From positions 1-56,187 of IMG/VR virus record IMGVR_UViG_3300036852_000099: a stretch of DNA of 56,187 bases. One strand, 5' to 3'. A program made the translations under genes and the position numbers. Positions 9,005 through 17,473 of this stretch are shown piece after piece. Origin of the DNA: a virus. Its lineage: Duplodnaviria; Caudoviricetes. Positions within the stretch are counted from its first letter, which is position 1; each line of letters starts with the position of its first letter. A model generated the notes under the pieces. The model made no database searches. It had not been told where the DNA came from and saw only the letters and a list, made by a program, of their open reading frames with translations.

Positions 9005-9312
9005 TGACCATACACCTCGAATGGGTCACGAACGTCGAACGTCCGGACTGGTAGAATGTGGGCGCTGGGTGTGTCGAAGATGGTCGGGTCGTGCTGGACG
9101 ACTACCGTCATCAGTCGCTCGTTTAATCCAGGTGGTAACGGATGCATCGAGTCATACACGATCCACTGTCCACCTGTGTGGTCGTGCTCCAGGTATAGCT
9201 CGATATGGTCGGTCATGCCGAGGTAGGCCACCCACGAGGATGGGTCAAATCGGAGGATGGTAGGCGGTCTACCATGCACGTTAGAGACTTCGATCAGGAT
9301 AGGCTGTGGCAT
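9001..9312 (-). CDS. Hypothetical protein, first gene of the 9.3-2.0 kb operon
   Basis: AAGGAG RBS directly downstream of the promoter at 9341-9369. Confidence 0.65.
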   Translation of the reverse strand: MPQPILIEVSNVHGRPPTILRFDPSSWVAYLGMTDHIELYLEHDHTGGQWIVYDSMHPLPPGLNERLMTVVVQHDPTIFDTPSAHILPVRTFDVRDPFEVYGQ

Positions 9313-9340
9313 TCGGACTGCTCCTTTCGTTTACGCTTCC

Positions 9341-9369
9341 ATTTTACCACACCTTGGCTGTCGCGTCAA
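9341..9369 (-). promoter_or_regulatory. Sigma70-type extended -10 promoter
   Basis: TTGACG-17 bp-(TGTGG)TAAAAT. Confidence 0.8.
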
Positions 9370-9429
9370 TGACGGAACGGAAAGCCGGACTGAATAAGGG
9401 ATCGTGCACGGCTGGTCGGTGTCTAGGTT

Positions 9430-9736
9430 GCTCCCCGTGCAAAGGCCGTAGCAGACCGTAGCAAAAGTTCGCATATACGCGTAGCAGAGTTTACATAGGT
9501 TCGTAGCAAGCTCCCCGTGCAAAGCACCCCCTAAAGGGAGGAAGAAAAGAGGTAGACACAAAGCGCGGCGTTCACCGGAAGATAGCAGGTCGTAGGACGC
9601 TGCTGCTTATCTACCGAGTGTACTACCGCTGGGCGCTCGGATCGCTGGGAACGTCAAGCTATGCACGGGGCTTGCTACGGTCATGCACGGCGAAAAGGCG
9701 TGTTCTGCTACGGTTCTGCTACAAGGGGCGTAGCAG
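9430..9736. repeat. Non-coding cluster of convergent CGTAGCA/CGTGCA repeats (candidate origin)
   Basis: 15-bp direct repeat GCTCCCCGTGCAAAG at 9430 and 9510. About six CGT(A)GCA units on the left and about five inverted TGC(T)ACG units on the right. Confidence 0.7.
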
Positions 9737-9971
9737 CGTGTTCTATGCCTGTTCTGCTAGACACAAACGGAGGGGTATTCTGGGGCTGGGAGGGGTATAC
9801 GGGTCAAGCCAGTGATCGGAATATGGACGGACGACCCCCCTGACACTTTCGGCTGGTGCTCTCCCCCACTCCACCCCGCATGCAGTCACGTGTCACGGAA
9901 ACACACGAAGGCGCTCTCGGCCAGTTGTGACCGGAGCGCCTTGTCGCGTTGAACGGAAGTACCGCCGGAGG

Positions 9972-10343
9972 TCAGCGCGGGTGCTTCTTGTTGCGGCGTT
10001 GCTTCCCATCGTGGCGACGGATGTCCGCTGCACCTGAACCCGTGCCGCGATCCACTGACCTGCTCTGCTTTTGGTGGGTCTTGTAGTGGGTGTGGCGCTG
10101 GCTAGGTTTGATCCAGATCGTCATCACGGGGTAGGTGTCGGCGGTGTGGCTAACCTCCAGGTTCAGCCCTGCGATGAGGTAGTTGATGTCGCTGATCTCG
10201 CCCTCCGTGAGGCCACGTGGGTCGCGGGTGCTGACCATGTACCCTCCTGGTGTCCGGATGTCGTCGAAGACACGGGCTATCTTGCCCACACCTACCACCT
10301 CATCCACGATACCCTGCAGTGTCCACTTCGTTTGTGCGTCCAT
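9972..10343 (-). CDS. Hypothetical early protein with a basic tail
   Basis: Hairpin plus AAGGATCGCC leader; terminator-like hairpin downstream at 9908-9942. Confidence 0.6.
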   Translation of the reverse strand: MDAQTKWTLQGIVDEVVGVGKIARVFDDIRTPGGYMVSTRDPRGLTEGEISDINYLIAGLNLEVSHTADTYPVMTIWIKPSQRHTHYKTHQKQSRSVDRGTGSGAADIRRHDGKQRRNKKHPR

Positions 10344-10406
10344 CTTGGCGATCCTTTCCAATAGGGGTGGGGTCGAAATTGCCCCACCCGTGTATCCCTG
10401 GTTGAA

Positions 10407-10916
10407 CTAGAAGCCCATCGACTCCAGCCATGCGCTGGTAGTGTCCTCAGTGCGGACGGTGGGTTCTTTGCCACCGAACTGGTACATTCCGGTGATCTGC
10501 AGGTGCTTGGGGAATGACCCGATGGGGCTGGTGTAGGTGATGCCTTTGGCGATCTTTTCGACTGCCTTGACTGAACCACCGACCATCGTGGCCAGATTCT
10601 GGAAGCTCATGCCATCCTCACGGGCGGCACGGATGGTGCTGACCTGCGAGTCCGTGTATTTGCGTCCGGCTTGGGTCTGTTCCCATTGGGCGGCTACACT
10701 GGCATATCGGGCTTTCCCAGCTTCAGCGACCTGCCCACATTCCTGCAGGGTCTTGGTCGATTCGTGACCTGCGATCACCAGCGACATGTACGGGCGATCC
10801 TGGTACGGGTTGAAGAGGGTCTCGCCTGTGTAGTGGGTGTACAGGCGGTGCATGGCCTCGGTGCTCATTTTCTTGAGGCTCTGCGCTGAGTGGGTGGTGT
10901 TGAACTTGCGTGACAT
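10407..10916 (-). CDS. HTH-containing early protein
   Basis: 'KYTDSQVSTIRAAREDGMSFQNLATMVGGSVKAVEKI'. Confidence 0.7.
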   Translation of the reverse strand: MSRKFNTTHSAQSLKKMSTEAMHRLYTHYTGETLFNPYQDRPYMSLVIAGHESTKTLQECGQVAEAGKARYASVAAQWEQTQAGRKYTDSQVSTIRAAREDGMSFQNLATMVGGSVKAVEKIAKGITYTSPIGSFPKHLQITGMYQFGGKEPTVRTEDTTSAWLESMGF

Positions 10917-10964
10917 TGGCGATGTCTCCTACTGATGAGGCGGTTGCCTCTATTCGATATTTCT

Positions 10965-10994
10965 ATTATACCACATATTGGCATATCGAGTCAA
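10965..10994 (-). promoter_or_regulatory. Sigma70-type extended -10 promoter
   Basis: TTGACT-18 bp-(TGTGG)TATAAT. Confidence 0.8.
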
Positions 10995-11098
10995 GTATTC
11001 TGGGGTGAGCGTAGGGAGATCTTAACATGGCGTTCTATACTCTGTTCTATGTGGTGGGGGATGGGCGGTTGGAAGTCCCGCCCTGGTCGTGTGTACCC

Positions 11099-11473
11099 CT
11101 AGCGGATGGGCGTTCCACGCTGCACTGTTGCTCCCAATGGGCGATACTGGTCGTCGCAGGTGAACTCGACTTTGACGTGGCCTTTCATGTTCATGGATGT
11201 GTATATCGTCCAGTCCAGCACCACCAGCCGATTCTCAGCCAGTTGGCGCTTCATGATGGCGATCTCGCGTTCTACCTTGGTGGGGTCGAAGCTGTCCTGG
11301 AACGATAGGAAGCGGGTGATGGTCGTGAGGCTACGGGCTGACTCCCACTGATCGCAGTCGTCGTGTGCCTGTTCCCATGTGTGCCGGATGAGGGTCTGCA
11401 TGACCACACCATCGGTGGTGAGTTCCACGTTCAGCTGCCCATTTTCCATTACTACTACTGTTGCTTTGTTCAT
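11099..11473 (-). CDS. Hypothetical early protein
   Basis: Leader AAGGACAAATCGCCATG. Confidence 0.7.
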   Translation of the reverse strand: MNKATVVVMENGQLNVELTTDGVVMQTLIRHTWEQAHDDCDQWESARSLTTITRFLSFQDSFDPTKVEREIAIMKRQLAENRLVVLDWTIYTSMNMKGHVKVEFTCDDQYRPLGATVQRGTPIR

Positions 11474-11521
11474 GGCGATTTGTCCTTTGCTGTGCACCAG
11501 TGGGTGCTATTCGATATTTCT

Positions 11522-11595
11522 ATTATACCACATCTGATGCCATCGTGTCAATCTATCTTAACACACTCTTAACACGACGTTCTATTGCATAGAAC
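11522..11595 (-). promoter_or_regulatory. Promoter with an upstream composite operator
   Basis: TTGACA-18 bp-TATAAT; TTAACA-N5-TTAACA at 11558-11574; GTTCTAT-N3-ATAGAAC at 11579-11595. Confidence 0.8.
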
Positions 11596-11602
11596 AGTGG
11601 GC

Positions 11603-12028
11603 TTATCGCCCACCGAACATCCGCGCTACAGCGGCTTTGTACATCGCGCCACCGTCGCGGTGAATCTTTCGGCCATGCTTCCCAGCTGCCAGCCGATGCA
11701 CTGCGTCGAACGCGGGTGTGCCTGTGTCCGCTGCCCAATGGCCAGCTGCTTGCCAGACGCGGCCACGACCATCGACGGTGACCAGTTCCAGCCCAGCCGA
11801 TTCGCAGGTGGCATTGTAGCCGACCAGGGTCATGCACTTGTGGTACGCCATGCGACGACCCTCGGCGGTGTCGCTGAACGTCCACACGGCTGTTTCCCCG
11901 CCTGCCTTCGGGTATGACCCGACTTCCAGGTGTTTGCGTCCGTCCGAGTCGATCTCGACCAGCGACACTACCATGTCGGCCATGCCGAAGAACGTCTCGA
12001 ACTTGGCGATGCTTGTTGACTTTTCCAT
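11603..12028 (-). CDS. Hypothetical early protein
   Basis: Leader AGGAGGATCGCCAAATG. Confidence 0.7.
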   Translation of the reverse strand: MEKSTSIAKFETFFGMADMVVSLVEIDSDGRKHLEVGSYPKAGGETAVWTFSDTAEGRRMAYHKCMTLVGYNATCESAGLELVTVDGRGRVWQAAGHWAADTGTPAFDAVHRLAAGKHGRKIHRDGGAMYKAAVARMFGGR

Positions 12029-12079
12029 TTGGCGATCCTCCTACTAGGGGAGCGGTGAATCCGCTCCCATCACTCTTCC

Positions 12080-12108
12080 ATTTTACCACAGCTTGGGGTC
12101 GGTGTCAA
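12080..12108 (-). promoter_or_regulatory. Sigma70-type extended -10 promoter
   Basis: TTGACA-17 bp-(TGTGG)TAAAAT. Confidence 0.8.
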
Positions 12109-12128
12109 CCCCAAGCCTTAGGGGTTCG

Positions 12129-12692
12129 TTAGCGCAGCATCTCCAGCATGGTGGCCAGCGCAGCTACGCAGGCTTCCTCGATGGCCACGACCTGATCCAT
12201 GTCGTCATCGTCCAAGTCATCGTAATCGCTGGTGATGATGTCCGCCCACTGCTCTTCGGTCAACTCACCACTGCCAATCAGCTGGTCGATCATGCCACGC
12301 GCTTCATCGTTGGTGAGGTTGTGGCTGGCATTCCGCAGCATCTTCGATGACAGGTACGCGACTTGGCTGGGGTCGACGTTGAAATCAGCTGCTGCAGTGC
12401 TGTAGGCTTCCACGTACCAAGCCTCGGTCACTTCGCCTTCGCTGATGATCTGGTCGACCAGATTGGCGGCTGTCACCAGGGCGGCACGTTCCAGGTTGGT
12501 GGGCTTCACGTTGTCGATCTTGTCGTTCTGGTTCGTGGTGGGTGTCCACTTGTTGTTGGACACCCAGACCAGCAGACCCTTCGACACCAACGACGTGATC
12601 GTGTGGATGCTGATGCCAGTACGGTGGCTGACTGCGCCTTCATTCGTGGCGATGGTCATCACGTGCTGTTGTGCGGGTGTTAGCTTCTTCAT
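12129..12692 (-). CDS. Hypothetical early protein (N-terminal winged-helix-like, acidic C-terminus)
   Basis: Leader AGGAGAAATCGCCATG; 'KLTPAQQHVM...TITSLVSKGLL'. Confidence 0.7.
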   Translation of the reverse strand: MKKLTPAQQHVMTIATNEGAVSHRTGISIHTITSLVSKGLLVWVSNNKWTPTTNQNDKIDNVKPTNLERAALVTAANLVDQIISEGEVTEAWYVEAYSTAAADFNVDPSQVAYLSSKMLRNASHNLTNDEARGMIDQLIGSGELTEEQWADIITSDYDDLDDDDMDQVVAIEEACVAALATMLEMLR

Positions 12693-12743
12693 GGCGATTT
12701 CTCCTATTCACGGAGCGGGATATCCGCTCTCTTATCTACTTCT

Positions 12744-12773
12744 ATTATACCACAGATTGGGGTCATCGCACAA
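12744..12773 (-). promoter_or_regulatory. Extended -10 promoter with a weaker -35
   Basis: TTGTGC-18 bp-(TGTGG)TATAAT. Confidence 0.7.
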
Positions 12774-12792
12774 CCCCAATCTCTAGGGGTCT

Positions 12793-13108
12793 TTACGCGA
12801 TTGCGACTACGTACGTCTCGCCATCGCTGCCGACGATGCTGTTAGCCTGACCGCTCTCACGGACGATGGCCACCAGGGCGACTACGGCTTCACGCAGGGT
12901 CTCGAACTGCGCACTGCTGTCGAAGCCCAGCCGGAATGACTCGACCTCGTTCACCATCTCGTAGTAGCTCACCATGTCGAAGGTCGTGTGCTGAACCTGC
13001 CGCGACTGTTTCGATCCAGGTGGTGGCCTCTTCGCCTTCCTTGTTCCAGAAGAGGTTGATGGTGATGGTGCTGCTGGTCGTGTTGGTGAGGACTGTTACT
13101 GTGTTCAT
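12793..13108 (-). pseudogene. Small early gene, apparently frameshifted near 13000
   Basis: The frame with the canonical leader (MNTVTVL...ETVA) and the frame ending at the cassette boundary (QVQHTTFDMVSYY...VAIA*) differ by one base. Confidence 0.45.
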
Positions 13109-13162
13109 GGCGATTTCTCCTAACTATCCGAGGGCGGAAACCCCGCTCTCTATCTTATTTCC

Positions 13163-13246
13163 ATTATACCACATATTGGGGTATTGAGTCAAGTAGTCTT
13201 CGGTGTTCTTAACAATCTCTTAACAGGACGTTCTATTCGATAGAAC
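13163..13246 (-). promoter_or_regulatory. Promoter with an upstream composite operator
   Basis: TTGACT-18 bp-TATAAT; TTAACA-N5-TTAACA at 13209-13225; GTTCTAT-N3-ATAGAAC at 13230-13246. Confidence 0.8.
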
Positions 13247-13293
13247 AGGAACTCCGAAGGGTGCACCCTATATGCACCCATATGTAATCGGAC

Positions 13294-13994
13294 TTAGCTG
13301 GAAAGGAGGTAGAGGCGCTCGGACACATCCTGGAACTTGTCCATGCTGTGGTCTAGTCCGAGGCTCATCTTGCTATTCATCTCGTGGAGGATCGTGGCTG
13401 GGACGGGGATATCACCATAGAACGAGGCCACTACCGTGTTACGCTTCGCCCACTGTTTCATGGCCATCCAGAAGCGTTTGTGGTTGAACTCGCGATTCAG
13501 GTACTGTGTACCCTTGGGCAGATATGGCGGGTCGACGTACACCATCATGCCTTCGGGCGGGTTGTTGTCCCACTGCGACCAGCTGCAGGCTACGAAGTCC
13601 ACGCCCTCTAGCAGCGGCTTCTGCTTCAGTAGTGACCGTTTCAGCGCTGCAGCGAAGTTGATGTTGCCCTTAGGATCACGGGCGTAGGTGTCGAACCACT
13701 TACCACCGAACGAACACCCGATGTCTATGAAGGCGACTGGTGTGGCATATCGGCCAGTAGGCTGTAGTCGGCCTCGCTGATGTGTTCAGGTGGAATCCAC
13801 CCACCCTGGATGGCTTTGTACAGGGCGATCAGGTACTGGTTGGCATCGCTGCCGATGCGTATACCACCCTGGATCTTCTCCATCACGACAGCCGACCCTA
13901 GGAATGGCTCTAGGTACGGACGACCAGCGCGTAGCTCGTTGATTATGGGTGCGTAGTGCTTTGACTGTCGGAACTTCCCGCCCATGTACCTCAT
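13294..13994 (-). pseudogene. Dam/D12-class N6-adenine DNA methyltransferase, frameshifted
   Basis: The N-part 'MRYMGGK...YLEPFLGS' stops at 13725. The rest ('GCSFGGKWF..YAR...VYVDPPY') is in another frame. Confidence 0.85.
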
Positions 13995-14350
13995 TCGGTA
14001 GCCCTCCCATCACCGATGCTGAGGCCATTCCTGAACCTGTCACGCAGGGATAGACTGTTAGCGCTGGTCTGTTCGTATAGGCAATACACCTGATCAGGGT
14101 AATGGCCGGACGCGTCTTTGCAGGTCGACTCAGCCAGTTCACGGGGCAGGTTTCGAATGACCGGATGGGCAGTCAGGTCGTCGTACAGATGCCACCATAC
14201 GGTGAACAGACCGACCTCGCTCGGTGGTTCTTTCGGCTGGGCTTTATACTCACGGGCTAGACCGATGGCGATCTGCATCTGCAGGTCTAGCTGCTTATTG
14301 GCGTAGTTCTCGCGCTGCATGCGCTCTAGTTCCTCACGTAGGGTCGGCAT
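13991..14350 (-). CDS. Hypothetical protein
   Basis: GAGGAGG RBS before MPTLREEL. Confidence 0.6.
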   Translation of the reverse strand: MPTLREELERMQRENYANKQLDLQMQIAIGLAREYKAQPKEPPSEVGLFTVWWHLYDDLTAHPVIRNLPRELAESTCKDASGHYPDQVYCLYEQTSANSLSLRDRFRNGLSIGDGRATE

Positions 14351-14675
14351 GGTCGGTGTCCTCCTCTGTAGGGTGGTCGCTGGGTAGCGTATTCTCCAGC
14401 AGATTAATCTCTTCGACAGCAGCATCTAGGATGCGCTGGATTGTTAGTAGTTCAGTGTCATGGTGCAGGATAGGCTTCCAGTTGCCTGCAGCGAAGTCGT
14501 AGTACATCGGCTGTTTGGCTCGGTTGCGTGACTGTGAATCGCGGACTAGGTAGGAAAGACGACGTACAGCCCGTGAAATGTCGCGGGTTGCCTGCAGCAG
14601 GTAACGTAGGCGTTCGTTGGTGGTGAGGTTCTTGTGTTCTTCGACTAATTCTTCGATGGGTCGTTCGTCAGTCAT
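14334..14675 (-). CDS. Hypothetical protein
   Basis: Hairpin plus AGGAGACATCGCCATG leader. Confidence 0.65.
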   Translation of the reverse strand: MTDERPIEELVEEHKNLTTNERLRYLLQATRDISRAVRRLSYLVRDSQSRNRAKQPMYYDFAAGNWKPILHHDTELLTIQRILDAAVEEINLLENTLPSDHPTEEDTDHADPT

Positions 14676-14743
14676 GGCGATGTCTCCTATAAGAAGGGCG
14701 ATCCCCATGATCGCCCTTGTGCTAACTGGTCTGTGGGTGTGTA

Positions 14744-15979
14744 CTATTCCTGGTCGGGCAGTACGAAGTAGGTGTGGGCGGTCTGGCCGATGACAGTGCC
14801 TTTCCATTCGCTAGCACCAAACTGGCCACGATCACCTTCGACCCAATGGATCAGCGCGTCGTTGCCATCTTTGGACAGGCGGAGCAGGCGTTCACGGATC
14901 TCGGCCTCGTCGCCATCACCGTATAGCTCGGTTGCAGTGGCGACAGCCTCTTCAAACGCGGCATCTTCAGCGGCGGGGTCGATAGGCGCTGGTTCAGCCT
15001 TCGCCTTTTTCGCGGCGGCACGTTTGGGTTTCGGGGCGGGTTCGTCACCGTTGGCTTCAGCTGCTTCCTTGGGTACGCTTTTGGTTGGCGGCAGGATGCC
15101 GTGTGCACCCAGACCCTTCCGGACATCAGCGTAGATCAGCAGCTTGTTGAAATCGGGGAGTTCAGTCCAGTACGTACCCAGGGCTTCATTACCCTCGATG
15201 GACTCCACGATGAACGCTGCCAGATCGCCATTGTCGACGGGATATTTGCCGTAGTTGGCGACGACGTACGGTACAGCCAGGGCGATGGTCTGTGCACGTG
15301 GGCTGGGCTGTTTGTCCTTTTTCTCAGGACGCGGGGCTTTGGCCTTCTCAGGCACATAGTCGGCCAGCGCCTTGCGGATATCGGTGCGGACGATCTTCTG
15401 GCGGAATTCACCCTGATCGCCTGCTTTCAGTTCAGTCCAGTAGGAGATGACTCCGGTGTCCAGACCTGCGACTGTCGATTCGACCAGTGCCAACATCAGG
15501 TCGTCGTTGTCATAAGCGACACGGGCATCACCGCTCTGCGCTTCGTACTGCGACTTGAACGCTTCCACTGTGCGGCTGATGATCTGGCCACGAGGGGTCA
15601 TGCCACCGGACACCGCGCTGGTCGTGCCAGGGATGTAGGCACGGACGATGCTGTTACGGGTGATGTTGGTGAGGGCACGTCCGAGGTGGGCGGTGACATG
15701 CTGCACTGCGCCATCGACCTCGTTGTATTCACCGTGTGTGCTGATTTCCAGGATCGCCAGGGCATCGGTGATCACGCTCATCGCAACTGCGTCGTTGGCT
15801 GTGGTCGCTTTTTCCAGGGCGGTGGTGAGTTGTTGTTTCATGTCTGCCATTTTGGTTATCTGCTTTCTGCTGGTATGTCCAGCTGTAAAGAACTCGTGTG
15901 TGTATCGGGCTATCGTTGCGTCGTACATTGCTGCCAGGGATCGGGTTGGGTCGTATGGCCATGCTCCTTTTATGCTCAT
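14744..15979 (-). CDS. Early protein with a duplicated helical domain and Lys/Ala/Pro linkers
   Basis: 411-aa ORF with its own promoter; repeated 'DN.DL....VES...YWTEL...D.RK.L'. Confidence 0.75.
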   Translation of the reverse strand: MSIKGAWPYDPTRSLAAMYDATIARYTHEFFTAGHTSRKQITKMADMKQQLTTALEKATTANDAVAMSVITDALAILEISTHGEYNEVDGAVQHVTAHLGRALTNITRNSIVRAYIPGTTSAVSGGMTPRGQIISRTVEAFKSQYEAQSGDARVAYDNDDLMLALVESTVAGLDTGVISYWTELKAGDQGEFRQKIVRTDIRKALADYVPEKAKAPRPEKKDKQPSPRAQTIALAVPYVVANYGKYPVDNGDLAAFIVESIEGNEALGTYWTELPDFNKLLIYADVRKGLGAHGILPPTKSVPKEAAEANGDEPAPKPKRAAAKKAKAEPAPIDPAAEDAAFEEAVATATELYGDGDEAEIRERLLRLSKDGNDALIHWVEGDRGQFGASEWKGTVIGQTAHTYFVLPDQE

Positions 15980-16014
15980 CGGGCGTTCGTCCTGTTGTTT
16001 TGTTCGACCTCTCT

Positions 16015-16043
16015 ATTTTACCACACCTTGGGTCAGTGCGCAA
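16015..16043 (-). promoter_or_regulatory. Extended -10 promoter
   Basis: TTGCGC-17 bp-(TGTGG)TAAAAT. Confidence 0.7.
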
Positions 16044-16119
16044 TGGCCGCTGTGAAAGGTCGATGTCAGTGGCCATTGCAGTCAGTGGTGGGGTGACTCG
16101 CGCCACCCCTATCCCACGT

Positions 16120-16515
16120 TTATTCGACGTAGACGACGAAGCCACCGTGAACGAAGTACACCACGCGCTCACTGCCATCGGCTTCCATGACGATGGTCAC
16201 TGGTTCGATGGTGGATGCGTCCGGAATGCCCCATTCACCCAGGAGTCGACGTTCCTCTTCCAGCCAGTCGGCATCGAACTCGTGATCCACGACCAGGATA
16301 TCACCGTCGAATTTGAATCCGGCTTCCTCACCGAATTCGGCCATGATCGCGTTGTTCCAGACTTCCAGCTGTTCACGTTCCAGCATGATGGCGTAGCTGT
16401 TGCTGTAACCACCGTTGATCTCTTCCCACATCAGCGGGATGAACGCTGGCATTTTGTCGCCCACCAATGAATCGGCGGCTGACACTTCGATGAAGGTTTG
16501 TGTTGATTTCTGCAT
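16120..16515 (-). CDS. Highly acidic early protein
   Basis: Leader AGGAGAAATCGCCATG; very Glu/Asp-rich. Confidence 0.7.
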   Translation of the reverse strand: MQKSTQTFIEVSAADSLVGDKMPAFIPLMWEEINGGYSNSYAIMLEREQLEVWNNAIMAEFGEEAGFKFDGDILVVDHEFDADWLEEERRLLGEWGIPDASTIEPVTIVMEADGSERVVYFVHGGFVVYVE

Positions 16516-16566
16516 GGCGATTTCTCCTATCTGGGAGGGGAAGCCCCCTCCTCTATCGATATTTCT

Positions 16567-16639
16567 ATTATACCACACCCTGAATCCGGTGTCAAGTTAT
16601 CTTAACAAACTCTTAACATGGCGTTCTATCCCATAGAAC
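16567..16639 (-). promoter_or_regulatory. Promoter with a composite operator at the early/late divergence
   Basis: TTGACA-17 bp-TATAAT; TTAACA-N5-TTAACA at 16602-16618; GTTCTAT-N3-ATAGAAC at 16623-16639. Confidence 0.8.
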
Positions 16640-16783
16640 AGAGGGGTCACTTCGTGTGGTACACATCCGAACGTGTACCGCTCTATGGGTGTGTCCGTCA
16701 ACAGGCACACCGATGTGCTCCTTGACAGGGGTACACGGGGCGTGGTTTAATGGTGGGATAGGCTTTGTACCGCGAGGTTTGCC

Positions 16784-17473
16784 GTGTCCGATCACCCTCC
16801 ACGCCAATACTGCACTGAACCCAGACGCGATGGGTCACGATGCCATCAGCCACCAATGGCGAATGGTAAGTGTCACGTGCACGGAGGTGACCCGCTGGAT
16901 CGCCAGTACATCGCAGCACAAGCCAAGGGCAGACACGGGTCGTATATCCCTGCCAGTCTGATCGAGATGTACAACTCGGCACGACTGGACGAACGGCTAC
17001 TCAGCCTTGAGGACGATATCGCCCTGATCGACACCCGAATTGCCTACCTCCTTTTAAGGATAGGTGAGGGCGAAACACCTGCAGCGTGGGAACGCGTACG
17101 GGTGATCGCGGGTAAGCTGCTGGATGCCAACCGCAAAATCGAGGCCAGCCGTATAGACGAGGCCATCGGTGAGCTAGAGGATGCGATATGTGCACCGCAA
17201 GACAGCCGCGCTGATTGGGAGGAGATAGCAAAACTCCAGGAGCAGCGACGGAAGCTGTCTGAAAGCCAGCGCAAATACGAGATAGAACAGGAACGCATGA
17301 TACCAGCCGAGGCTGTCCTGGAACAGGCACGGCTACTACTAGACTCGATAAGGCGGAATGTCGATGACCCTGAGGTACTCACCCGAATCCAAGCTGACTT
17401 CCAAGCAGCGCTTAGGTCAGTCCCTAGTGGAGGGTTTGTCGCCATCGAAACATCGCAACTATCAGAGTCCTGA
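16784..17473 (+). CDS. terS: Terminase small subunit (HGG-motif type)
   Basis: 'RC...NGKCHVHGG' motif; directly upstream of TerL. Confidence 0.7.
   Translation: MSDHPPRQYCTEPRRDGSRCHQPPMANGKCHVHGGDPLDRQYIAAQAKGRHGSYIPASLIEMYNSARLDERLLSLEDDIALIDTRIAYLLLRIGEGETPAAWERVRVIAGKLLDANRKIEASRIDEAIGELEDAICAPQDSRADWEEIAKLQEQRRKLSESQRKYEIEQERMIPAEAVLEQARLLLDSIRRNVDDPEVLTRIQADFQAALRSVPSGGFVAIETSQLSES

Noticed and set aside
9313-9971. tRNA or small ORFs in the large gap
   Set aside because: I saw no cloverleaf or T-loop pattern, and the ORFs are translations of the repeats without an RBS.
11579-11595. LexA (GAAC-N4-GTTC) box
   Set aside because: Half-site orientation and spacing (GTTC-N9-GAAC) do not match.
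13725-13727. TAG read-through or a recoded genetic code explaining the split methyltransferase
   Set aside because: The downstream half is in a different frame, and TAG ends many normal genes.
10900-16640. CRISPR array or integron attC array
   Set aside because: The repeats are promoter and leader motifs separated by whole genes, not constant-length spacers. No cas operon or integrase is present.
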